From NCBI GenBank assembly GCA_963674965.2, contig CAXXFL010000006.1, positions 992,001 to 1,056,000 of the forward strand: DNA of 64,000 bases, read 5' to 3'. Every line of letters begins with the position of its first letter. Position 1 is the first letter of the stretch. The stretch is from a bacterium. GTDB taxonomy: Bacteria; RBG-13-61-14; DATKZS01. The position numbers were made by a program, and so were the translations under genes. The notes under the pieces were generated by a model. The model was not told the origin of the DNA. It saw only the letters and a list, made by a program, of their open reading frames with translations, and made no database searches. Shown here piece by piece: positions 28,243 through 37,083 of this stretch.

Positions 28243-31206
28243 TTGGTTGGAAGAATAAAGACCGCTTTTTCCATTTACCTGTTTTTCCTGTCGCTCAAAC
28301 TCCTGGGCATGGCCTTCCTGGTAAGCGGCAAGCTCCGCAAGGAGATATACAACGAGGCCGCTGGCTTTGTCTTCAACGCCAGGTACCAGTTCAAGACCAG
28401 GGACAACCTGGTCAATATCTTCGTCGTCTTCGATAAGGGCAAGATGAGGTCGGGCTTTGGCCAAATTCCCGACCCTGACGTGACCATCTATTACAAGGAC
28501 AGGGAGACCCTGGCGAAAATCTACGCCAAAAGCCCGGAGGAGTCCCTCGATTATCTCCTTACCAATGAGATGTCCTATACGGGCAACATCTCCTATCTGA
28601 CCAAGTTTTCCTATCTGGGCGGGATACTGACGGGCGGGCGCATAACCGATTACACGGGACCGGAAAACCGGGCCGCGGGGCCCATCGTGGATATCGACTC
28701 CTCTCCCAAAAAGAAAAAACACGCAACTGAGGCGCTGGGCAGAATGGTGGATGAGGTCAAGGGACTTGAAGACCCTTATCTTGGCGAGTACTCGATCGAG
28801 GAGTTCCCCCGGCTCAAGTACCTCAAGAACCGGCGCTTCGCCCTGCGCCCGGCCATCTGCACCGAGCGGGCGCTGTTATTGACTAGGCATCACCGCGAGC
28901 GCGGGTTCGAGACCGACCCCACCGGAGTTCCCCTCGATCCCGGGGTCCGTCAGGCCGAGGCCCTTTATCACGTGCTTGCCCACAAGAGGCCGTTCATCCA
29001 GGAAAGGAACCTTATACCCGGCTCGACCACCTCGAAGGAGGTCGGCGTTCCGATATATCCCGAGTTTATCGGAACCCTGTTATGGCCGGAGCTTCGGAGC
29101 ATCGGAAAAAGGGCGCTTAATCCCAACGACATATCCGAGCGCGACGTGGACATACTCAACCACGAGGTCTTCCCCTACTGGATGGAAAGGAACGCGCGCG
29201 AGTATTGCCGCGCCCAGAACGGCAACCCCGTGTCGCAGCAACTGGAGGAACGCTTTGTCCTTTATTTCATGATGAAGAACAACGCCATCTCCCATACCGT
29301 GCCCGGCTTCGAGAAGGTGGTCCGCCTCGGGCTGGACTCGGTCAGGATCGAGGCCCTGGCCAAGGAAAAACAAAGCTCCTCGCAAAAGAAAAGAAACTTC
29401 TACAAGTCCGTCCATACGGCCATCGGCGGGGTCCTCGCTTACGCGGCCAACTTGAGTAAGGAGGCGGGGCGCCAGGCCGACGCCCTCGATCCGTCCGTCC
29501 CCGAGCAAGCCGGCCGCGCCGCCGAGCTAAGGCAAATGGCCCGCGCCCTCGATAAAGTCCCCGCCCATCCAGCCGAGACCGTGCACGAGGCCCTGATCTC
29601 CATATGGGTCAGCTTCGTTTGTCTTCACGGAGAGAACGCCAACTCGGCCCTCTCCATCGGAAGGCTCGACCAGATACTCCAGCCGCTTTTCCTCGCGGAC
29701 CTGGCCAAGGCCAAAAGCGAAGAGGAAAAGAAGTCAATCATAAAAAGGACCATAGAGCTGGTGGGATGCTTTTTCCTCAAGCTCAACGATCACGATCCCT
29801 TCGTGCCCGACGTGGGCAACAAGCTCTTCGGAGGCAGTTCATCGGACGACACGGTCACAGTGGGCGGCGTGGACCAAGGCGGAAACAACGCGGTATGCGA
29901 CATGACCTACGTCCTTTTAAAGGCCGCCGAGATGCTGGGCTTCCAGGACCCGAACATGAACGCCAGGTATTACCCCGGCGTCAACTCGATCGAGTACCTG
30001 CGCCGCCTTTGCGAGGTCAACGTTAACATGGGCGCGTCCCCCATCATCCATAACGACAAGGCCATGATCGAGTCGCTCGTAAACCAGGGGGTCGCTATCG
30101 AGGACGCCAGGGAATGGGCCGCCACCGGCTGCGTCGAGCCCACCGTCGCGGGCAGGCATTACGGCCACACCAACTGCATGCTCCTCAACGCGGTGGCCCC
30201 CCTCGAGATGGCGCTCAATAACGGGACCCACCCGGTAATGGGGGAGTCCATCGGGCCGAAAACGGGGGACGCGGCAAAGGACTTCCCCTCCTTCGAGGAT
30301 TTCCTCGCGGCCTACAAAACCCAGCTAAAGTACCTGGCCGAGAAGTCGATCGAGATCAACAACCTGCTGGGTAAGGCCCATCAGTACATCCATCCCACTC
30401 CTCTGCTCTCGTCCATGATGGACGACGCCATGGATAAGGGCATGGATATCATAGACGGGGGCGCCCGCTATAACTCGTCCGGCGTGGCCCTGGTGTCGAT
30501 CACCGACGTCATCGACAGCCTGATGGTAATCAAGAAATTAATATATGAAGACAAGGCCCTGGACTTCTCGACGCTGCTCGCGGCCCTGGCCGACGACTTC
30601 GAGAACGACCCCAAGCTTCTGGCCAGGATCAAGAAAGTACCCAAGTTCGGCTCCGACGACCTGGAAACCCGGAGCATGGCCCAGGACCTGATGGACTTCT
30701 GCTTCGACCTGTACCAGTCGAGCGAAAATTACCGGGGCGGCAAATACTGGCCCGGCTACTGGTCGATCAGCTACCACGTGGGCTTCGGCATGCTCTCGGG
30801 GGCGCTTCCCTCGGGCAGGAAAAAGGGCAAGGCCTTCACCCCCGGCCTCACCCCCGCGCCGGGGGCCTCGGACCAGCTAATCCCCAACATCCATGCCGTG
30901 GCCGGACTCGATCACCTCAAGATGCCCAACAACATCGCCTTCAACGTCAAGCTGGTACCCCACGCCGGCGACTCCCACGCCGAGACCCTGGACCACTTCA
31001 CCGGTTACCTTAAAACCTACTTCGACCTGGGCGGCATGCAGTGGCAGTTCAACGTGGTCTCCACCGAGACCATGAAGGACGCCATGGAAAACCCCGACGA
31101 CTATCAATGGCTCATCGTCCGCGTCTCCGGCTACAACGCCTATTTCACCAAGCTCAACCGCAACATGCAGATCGAGCTTATCGAAAGGACCCAGTACGGA
31201 GCATGA
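28243..31206 (+). CDS. Glycyl radical enzyme (PFL superfamily) with N-terminal SCP2-like domain
   Basis: SIGRLDQIL, Cys loop ATGCVEP (Cys codon 30130-30132), Gly loop LIVRVSGYNAYF (Gly codon 31129-31131), ERT at the C-terminus; extra N-terminal domain of about 125 aa. Confidence 0.92.
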   Translation: MVGRIKTAFSIYLFFLSLKLLGMAFLVSGKLRKEIYNEAAGFVFNARYQFKTRDNLVNIFVVFDKGKMRSGFGQIPDPDVTIYYKDRETLAKIYAKSPEESLDYLLTNEMSYTGNISYLTKFSYLGGILTGGRITDYTGPENRAAGPIVDIDSSPKKKKHATEALGRMVDEVKGLEDPYLGEYSIEEFPRLKYLKNRRFALRPAICTERALLLTRHHRERGFETDPTGVPLDPGVRQAEALYHVLAHKRPFIQERNLIPGSTTSKEVGVPIYPEFIGTLLWPELRSIGKRALNPNDISERDVDILNHEVFPYWMERNAREYCRAQNGNPVSQQLEERFVLYFMMKNNAISHTVPGFEKVVRLGLDSVRIEALAKEKQSSSQKKRNFYKSVHTAIGGVLAYAANLSKEAGRQADALDPSVPEQAGRAAELRQMARALDKVPAHPAETVHEALISIWVSFVCLHGENANSALSIGRLDQILQPLFLADLAKAKSEEEKKSIIKRTIELVGCFFLKLNDHDPFVPDVGNKLFGGSSSDDTVTVGGVDQGGNNAVCDMTYVLLKAAEMLGFQDPNMNARYYPGVNSIEYLRRLCEVNVNMGASPIIHNDKAMIESLVNQGVAIEDAREWAATGCVEPTVAGRHYGHTNCMLLNAVAPLEMALNNGTHPVMGESIGPKTGDAAKDFPSFEDFLAAYKTQLKYLAEKSIEINNLLGKAHQYIHPTPLLSSMMDDAMDKGMDIIDGGARYNSSGVALVSITDVIDSLMVIKKLIYEDKALDFSTLLAALADDFENDPKLLARIKKVPKFGSDDLETRSMAQDLMDFCFDLYQSSENYRGGKYWPGYWSISYHVGFGMLSGALPSGRKKGKAFTPGLTPAPGASDQLIPNIHAVAGLDHLKMPNNIAFNVKLVPHAGDSHAETLDHFTGYLKTYFDLGGMQWQFNVVSTETMKDAMENPDDYQWLIVRVSGYNAYFTKLNRNMQIELIERTQYGA

Positions 31207-31410
31207 CGCGCGGGAATATGAGCGTCCGATTGCAAAAATATAAACTACCCGTTCATGATATTATCTTTAAACCGTGAACGCATGTCTCCTCCCAACCGAC
31301 CTCATGGCTTCCTCGTCGGCCTCCCGGCCAGTTCCAGCGCCAAGCCGGCGCGCCGCGGTGCGTAGGGAGGGAGGTACGCGTCCATGTCCTTCTTTTCGGA
31401 CTAGCTGTAT

Positions 31411-33198
31411 TTATCGCTCTTTTTTACTAGGATCAATAATATTGAATGGCCACATATTTACCGGATAATTCCATAAATAATGGAACTGATTATCAAGATA
31501 AAGATAATATTTCGACGCGAATTCCGCCTCGATTATCGGGACCCGGCCACCCAGGCAGTAATAGTGATATTGATCGAGATTTTTACTATCCCGACCTATA
31601 TGATATGGCTCGAAAAACACAACTGACCCAACGATTAAATACCAAACCTGCGGAAGGAAATCACATAGTTTTAAAGACACCCTCGGTTCGTTTTCCCTAT
31701 TTTTCGCCGTTCCGTTCAATCTGTCGATTCCTTCAAGACACCCCTTTATATCTTTATATACCTTGGTCTCGGTTAAAGGGTAACAATCCTCGCCGCTTTC
31801 AATAATCGATCTTACCCTGGCCGACTCGGAATCGGGATTTAGAAGAATCGCCTGGATATACAGGCTATCTGACTTCGATATTATCTGCGTTAACAGGTCA
31901 TAAAGAATTCCGCCTTTATTAAACATTTCGGTATGGGCAATGCCATAGGCCTTTATAACCTGCTTTTGATCAACGCTCGCGCACCTCACGATCGCTTCGG
32001 CGATTCGGTCAAAGGCGTTATAAACGCTCGCGCTGTTCAAATCACCGTTTATAGCGCTGGAATTATTACTGAAAATGTCGCTCCCGCTTATGATTTTCGA
32101 TAAGTTGTTGTTCACTCGAGGCGACAAGAAATTTGACACTCCAGATTTAAGCATGGAGAATCCTCTCTGATAGCATGCGGCTTCCCCCGCTCTGGTTTCC
32201 AACTGCGGAACGATCTCTTTTAATTTATGGTGATCGATATACTCTCTAAAGCCTTTGGGTTTTCCGCCTCTGGCTACTATCTCGAAAACGTCGTAACCGC
32301 GCGGGTCAAGGCCTTTTATACCGAGCGTATACGCTTCCTTGTCTCCATTTTTTCCATGAAACGAAAAGGACGGTGAATCCATCGCGTCTATTGAATCTAA
32401 TATTTGCTTGCCTTTCCACGTCTTTTTAATTGTGTTTATTTTTTCATCCAGCGCCGTATATCGATCATCCTTGTATTCAAAGCACGTCCCCACGCCGCCC
32501 GGCTTTTCTATCTGTGTTTTTAAAGATTTATTAACCAGTATCTGCGAAGGCATTGCAAGGTCGCATAATCTAGCCGTAATATCAACCGACACTCCAATAA
32601 TATCCGCGGCGTTGTGGTTAACGGCAAAATCCGGCGGTTTCTCCCAGGTCGGAACGCCCAGATTGGCGGGAAATGAGACCGGAACGTCCACGATGAAGTT
32701 GAAATTCGTGACGGCGCCATTACCGGCCGTCGGGATACCATTTTCCGAGTGATAGCTGACGTCCATTCCACCTGGACCAACGTGGACAATTCCACATTTG
32801 GATTTTATATCCAGTCTTTTTTCGTCGTTCTCAATTTCCAATATTTTGAAAAACGTCAGAACGGTTAATAGCGCCAATTCAACTGAATTCTTCTGAAAAA
32901 AACCAACCAACACGCCGTCTCCCATGACCTTGATAAAGGTCTTGGAAAATTGGCCATCATCAATAATGACGTCCTCAAGAACCTGTAAAAACGTATTATT
33001 GTGCATATCGATTTTCGCCCAACCCATGAGGCGCTCTTTTACTTTCACCTCCGTGGAGCCGCACATGTCGACAAATACAAGGGTCATTGGTTCATTCTGC
33101 CTATGAGCCATCAGCTTCTTCTGCAATTCTTGAATATAGGCCTCCTTGATTTCCTTCTCATGCTCTTTTGCCACATTATCATCGTTTGAATTCGTCAT
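31411..33198 (-). CDS. Class III nucleotide cyclase domain fused to a C-terminal DUF5919-like domain (low-GC gene)
   Basis: LVFVDMCGSTE, IKVMGDGVL, GIVHVG, DIIGVSVDITARL, QILV, IKGL; C-terminal IQAILLNPDS...P...IVG...FFEPY...QFHYLWN. Confidence 0.8.
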   Translation of the reverse strand: MTNSNDDNVAKEHEKEIKEAYIQELQKKLMAHRQNEPMTLVFVDMCGSTEVKVKERLMGWAKIDMHNNTFLQVLEDVIIDDGQFSKTFIKVMGDGVLVGFFQKNSVELALLTVLTFFKILEIENDEKRLDIKSKCGIVHVGPGGMDVSYHSENGIPTAGNGAVTNFNFIVDVPVSFPANLGVPTWEKPPDFAVNHNAADIIGVSVDITARLCDLAMPSQILVNKSLKTQIEKPGGVGTCFEYKDDRYTALDEKINTIKKTWKGKQILDSIDAMDSPSFSFHGKNGDKEAYTLGIKGLDPRGYDVFEIVARGGKPKGFREYIDHHKLKEIVPQLETRAGEAACYQRGFSMLKSGVSNFLSPRVNNNLSKIISGSDIFSNNSSAINGDLNSASVYNAFDRIAEAIVRCASVDQKQVIKAYGIAHTEMFNKGGILYDLLTQIISKSDSLYIQAILLNPDSESARVRSIIESGEDCYPLTETKVYKDIKGCLEGIDRLNGTAKNRENEPRVSLKLCDFLPQVWYLIVGSVVFFEPYHIGRDSKNLDQYHYYCLGGRVPIIEAEFASKYYLYLDNQFHYLWNYPVNMWPFNIIDPSKKER

Positions 33199-33509
33199 GG
33201 TTAATACCTCCTCGTTGATAAAATATTTACAAATGCTTATTCCTTGGGTATCTACATTATATGCGCCGCTTATTCGTTTTATAACGCGATCTATTATTAT
33301 TTACGATTTACACAACGCGTTTATAACCATTCCCATCCCTGCAAACATCTATAATTCTCGTGACTTATGGGAATTTACCGATATTTGCATAAGTGCGCTG
33401 GGATCCGTATATAATAGCGTATCAAACATTAAAAGGATTTACAAATATATACCTTATTTAATATTCTCGCGCCTTGGACAATACCTTTTCCGCTCTTGAA
33501 CTCGCAAAT

Positions 33510-33557
33510 AAAAAACGGGTAACGCGCGAAACGCCTTGCGCCGCGCCCGTTACCCGT
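33510..33557 (-). terminator. Intrinsic terminator of the TPR-like gene
   Basis: ACGGGTAACG...CGTTACCCGT stem followed by a T-tract on the minus strand. Confidence 0.7.
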
Positions 33558-33579
33558 ATGATCTTTTACCGGCGGTTAT

Positions 33580-34425
33580 TTACTTCTCCGGATAGTCCTT
33601 TCCCGCGATGTCCTTCCACAGTTTCCTCGCGTCGGCCTGGGCTTCCTTGTTGGCCGCCACCTCGTCCGGGAAAATGGTATCCGCGTCCTTTTGCAGGGCC
33701 TCGTCGAGCAGGGAGAGGGCCTCGTCCTTTTTATCGAAATAGGTGTTGATGAAACGGGCCTTGTACACGTAGTTGTGCAAGTAGCGCGGCTCCTTTTTGA
33801 TGGAGGCGTCGATGTCGTCCACCACCTCCTGCACGTCGTAGCCCACCATCTTGACCACGGCCTTGGGCACGCGCACCACTATCTCAGACCAGAGCCGGCC
33901 CGAGGCGCCGTAGTAATAGTCCTCCCCGTGCTCGCCCACGTAATCCGAGTGCTTGAGGATGGTGGGAAAAGCCGCCGCCTGGGAAAGGATCGAGCTGAAC
34001 TCGAGGCTGGCCGCCTTGTTGACGGCGAACCAGTAATGGCCGCCCACCGTCTCGTTGAGCTTGATGGATTTCTCCGCCGCCTCGATGCCCTTGGCGTAGA
34101 TGCCCTCCAGCTTTTTCTGCTGTTCCTCGGTCTCCTTGGGCAGCAGGTTGCCGTAGTTCCAGTAGTACCTGGAAAGGTCGGTAAGGATCATGTAGTTGTC
34201 GGGATCGAGCTTGTCCGCCTGCTCCATCAGGGCCACGCACTGCTTGTAGCCGTCGGCCGTGGTCTCGCGCTTGTTGATCGTCCAGGCTTCGTCAATCAAC
34301 TTCTGGGCCTCGGCGTTCTTGGATTCGGGTTTGGGAAGACCGTCGGCCAGGGCGGAAGTGGACAGGAATACGGCCGCCAAAATGAAAGCCATCGCGCCTG
34401 AAAACCATTTTTTCCTCATCGTCAT
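33580..34425 (-). CDS. Exported TPR-like helical-repeat protein
   Basis: Sec signal peptide (ALA-D), TPR-like repeats (A.KLDPDNY, AEKSIKLN...GHYWFA, SIKKEPRY). Confidence 0.75.
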   Translation of the reverse strand: MTMRKKWFSGAMAFILAAVFLSTSALADGLPKPESKNAEAQKLIDEAWTINKRETTADGYKQCVALMEQADKLDPDNYMILTDLSRYYWNYGNLLPKETEEQQKKLEGIYAKGIEAAEKSIKLNETVGGHYWFAVNKAASLEFSSILSQAAAFPTILKHSDYVGEHGEDYYYGASGRLWSEIVVRVPKAVVKMVGYDVQEVVDDIDASIKKEPRYLHNYVYKARFINTYFDKKDEALSLLDEALQKDADTIFPDEVAANKEAQADARKLWKDIAGKDYPEK

Positions 34426-34628
34426 ATCTCCTTTTCAGTTTCCTTATCTATCCCGCTCACCCCGTTTAGACCGCTTAATGAGCGAAAAGTTGACTAAAGC
34501 CGCGCGCCCGTTCGCTAAGCAAAAGAAAATATTGCCCTATTTAAAAAATTTTCCAACTTTGTAAAACGCGAAAGAGAAGCGTTCCGGTCCTTCCCCCATT
34601 CCCGCCGCGATATTATACGACCGGTAAG

Positions 34629-34657
34629 AAAATAGTAAATTTTGCCCCCCATGTCAA
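34629..34657 (-). promoter_or_regulatory. Putative sigma70 promoter for the TPR-like gene
   Basis: TTGACA-N17-TATTTT. Confidence 0.4.
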
Positions 34658-34739
34658 ACCTCTTGCTGAGTGGACTTCACCCATTTTGCAGAACTTGAGA
34701 TGTACGGCTCGTGGCGGTCTGCAAATAAATCGAAGACCA

Positions 34740-34952
34740 AGCCCGAAGGGCTTTAACATGAGTAGCCGTAGGCGCAAGCCTACGGGAGGCGTGGCCTAAA
34801 ATTTCTCACCCGCCCCTACAGGGGGCGAACCTTGCCAGGCTTCGGCAATCCAGGTCGCCGCGAGTCCGGCCCGTTCAGGGCCGAAGAATATTTGCCAAAT
34901 CCTTCCGTAGGCCAAGACCTACGTCTACTCGAATTTCCCCCCTTCGGGGGGA
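34740..34952. repeat. REP/REPIN-like nested palindromic element
   Basis: Inverted arms GAGTAGCCGTAGG / CCTACGTCTACTC plus several short hairpins (AGCCCGAAGGGCT, CCGTAGGC-GCAA-GCCTACGG, CGCCCC..GGGGCG, CGGCCC..GGGCCG, CCCCCC-TTC-GGGGGG). Confidence 0.7.
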
Positions 34953-34982
34953 GGCGACCGAGTCCATTTCAGCGGCGTCCCA

Positions 34983-35027
34983 TAAAATCCGCGCGAGGAG
35001 GCGACGATTGATTTTCACTTCGCGCGG
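34983..35027 (-). terminator. Possible terminator after the GH31 gene
   Basis: CCGCGCGAAG...CCTCGCGCGG stem then ATTTTAT; the loop is long. Confidence 0.35.
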
Positions 35028-35123
35028 CGGACAACTTACCGGATGAAAAAAGGAACCAAGAGTGAAACGCTCAAAGTTGGGGAAAGTTCCGCTTGCTGAC
35101 CTTTGACGCGAATATTCGAGCGC

Positions 35124-37001
35124 TCACTCGGTCTCGAAAAGGTCCCCGGGGACCATATCCTTGTATTCGGCCCGGACAAAGACGGGAATTGTGTCCAAGG
35201 GTACCTCCACCTCGATGGTCGCCGGGCCCTCGTGGGTTTTCGATCCATCCCAAAGGTCGATCCATTCTCCCTCGGGCAGGTAGACCTCCCTCTCCCTTTG
35301 CTCCTTTTTCCAGACGGGGGCCACAAGGAAAGCTGGTCCGTACATGTACTCGTCCCACTTGTCCCTCACCTTGGGGTCCCCGGGCCAGTCCATGACCAGG
35401 GGATGGACGATGGGATTGCCCGTCTCGCTCGCCCGCCCGGCCAGGTCGTGGGAATAACCGGCCAGTTTCGCGTGCATCCAGGCGTATCTTTTGAGTATTT
35501 CTATCATCTCCTCGTCGTAGGACGGCTCCCCGGGCATGTTCCATGGCTCGTGCGACCCCTGTCCGCCTATCTCCATGAAGGGACAGAAGCAGGAGAACTC
35601 GATCCAGCGGGCGAAGACCTCGCGGTCGATAAAGTTCTGGTATCCGCCCGTGTCCGAGCCCCAGACGGGAAAGCCCATAAAGGCCATGCGCTGGAGGCTG
35701 ATGATGGCGCTCCGAAGGCCCAGGTCCGTGGATACGCGGCCGCCCGAGTGGGGAACGCTTCCCCTCGTGTCTCCCCCCCATACGACGCTCCAGGCCTGGG
35801 TACCCGTATAACCGGCGCGGGGCACGAGCACGAAGTCGTCGCCCCTGACCGCCCCGGTCCCGTCGTAATAGGTCTTTATATACATGCGGGGATAGTCGTT
35901 ATGCACCTCGACCCCGCTCCGGCCGTCGTGATATACGTCAAGGAAACTCGAGGGGTTGTACTCTTCCGAGCGGTCGAGTTTCCAGCCGTCCACCCCGGAG
36001 CGCCCGACAAAGCGGCTTATCTTGTCCACGTGCCAGGCGACCGCCCTGGGGTCGGTATAGTCCAGGCAACGCGTCCCTTTTTTGAAGCCCTTGATCCGCG
36101 CCTGGAAACCGAAGTCCGACGGCCGGTGGCCGATGGCCCAGGGCGCTCCCCACACCAGGACCCGCCAGCCCCGGCCGTGGAGCCTCGCGACCATCTCGTC
36201 GCCGTTGGGAAAACGGCGCGGGTCCCACTCGAAGTTGCCGTAGCCGTCGCGGCCCTCGGCCCAGGGCCGGTCGATCATGTATATGCCCACCGGCAGGCCC
36301 AGCTTCTCGTAACTGAGTATATCGTCGGCCACCTCGGCGTTAACGGTCAGGCCGTCAAGCTCGGCAAAGTCGTTTCTGGCCACCTGGTCCCTCCACTTGA
36401 GGGGCAGGAAAACCCATGGGGGCGGCAAAAAGGGCCGACCGGTCGTCCTGGTGTATTTATCCAGGACCTCGAGGCAATCTCCCTCGAAGAACAGGCAGGA
36501 GAAGCCTTCGGCGCCGGTCTTCCATCCCACGCGAAGGACCTCGGGGTCCGTCTTGCCTATGTCGTAGACGCCCGGCCAGGTCCCCTCCACCAGCATGCCG
36601 TAGCCCTCGGAGCTTATATAAAATGGAGCGCAGGCCGAGATGGTGGGTCTGACCCACATGGTCACCACCTCGCCCACGCGGTCCAGACCGCCAACTTCCT
36701 CGGGTATCCGCTCGCCCGCCTTCACGTCATCGACTATGCGCTCCGTCAGTCCATAGATGGCCTCGCCCGGCGCGAGCGGGATTTCCAGATGGCCATTATC
36801 GCCGGTCAGCCGATATACCCCGCCGCCAAGGTCCTCGATCGCGGCGTCGCCCGAGGCCGTAACGCCAAAGGGAGAGCGCCCTATCTCGACCTTTACGGCC
36901 GCGCCCTCGAAACCCAGGCGGGGCGGAAAAATTTCTCCCAGACTCGCCGCTATCGTTAACGCGGACAAAACGGCCGCGCCCAATATCCAAGCTTTACGCA
37001 T
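35124..37001 (-). CDS. Glycoside hydrolase family 31 protein with N-terminal signal or anchor
   Basis: IYGLTE, IDRPW, FEWDPRRFP, GWKLD (nucleophile), WGGD (acid/base), WGSDTGG, YMYGPAFLVAPV, VYLPEGEW. Confidence 0.92.
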   Translation of the reverse strand: MRKAWILGAAVLSALTIAASLGEIFPPRLGFEGAAVKVEIGRSPFGVTASGDAAIEDLGGGVYRLTGDNGHLEIPLAPGEAIYGLTERIVDDVKAGERIPEEVGGLDRVGEVVTMWVRPTISACAPFYISSEGYGMLVEGTWPGVYDIGKTDPEVLRVGWKTGAEGFSCLFFEGDCLEVLDKYTRTTGRPFLPPPWVFLPLKWRDQVARNDFAELDGLTVNAEVADDILSYEKLGLPVGIYMIDRPWAEGRDGYGNFEWDPRRFPNGDEMVARLHGRGWRVLVWGAPWAIGHRPSDFGFQARIKGFKKGTRCLDYTDPRAVAWHVDKISRFVGRSGVDGWKLDRSEEYNPSSFLDVYHDGRSGVEVHNDYPRMYIKTYYDGTGAVRGDDFVLVPRAGYTGTQAWSVVWGGDTRGSVPHSGGRVSTDLGLRSAIISLQRMAFMGFPVWGSDTGGYQNFIDREVFARWIEFSCFCPFMEIGGQGSHEPWNMPGEPSYDEEMIEILKRYAWMHAKLAGYSHDLAGRASETGNPIVHPLVMDWPGDPKVRDKWDEYMYGPAFLVAPVWKKEQREREVYLPEGEWIDLWDGSKTHEGPATIEVEVPLDTIPVFVRAEYKDMVPGDLFETE

Positions 37002-37083
37002 AGCCGACCTCCAAAAATAAAGGGTAAAAAGTTTTATAGCACTCTTTACCCTCCCGGCAAAAACCGCCGCGCGAGGCGGCCGC

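Noticed and set aside
31207-33510. Integrated mobile element around the low-GC cyclase gene
   Set aside because: I found no integrase, transposase, tRNA target or clear flanking direct repeats by eye; only the compositional shift is supported
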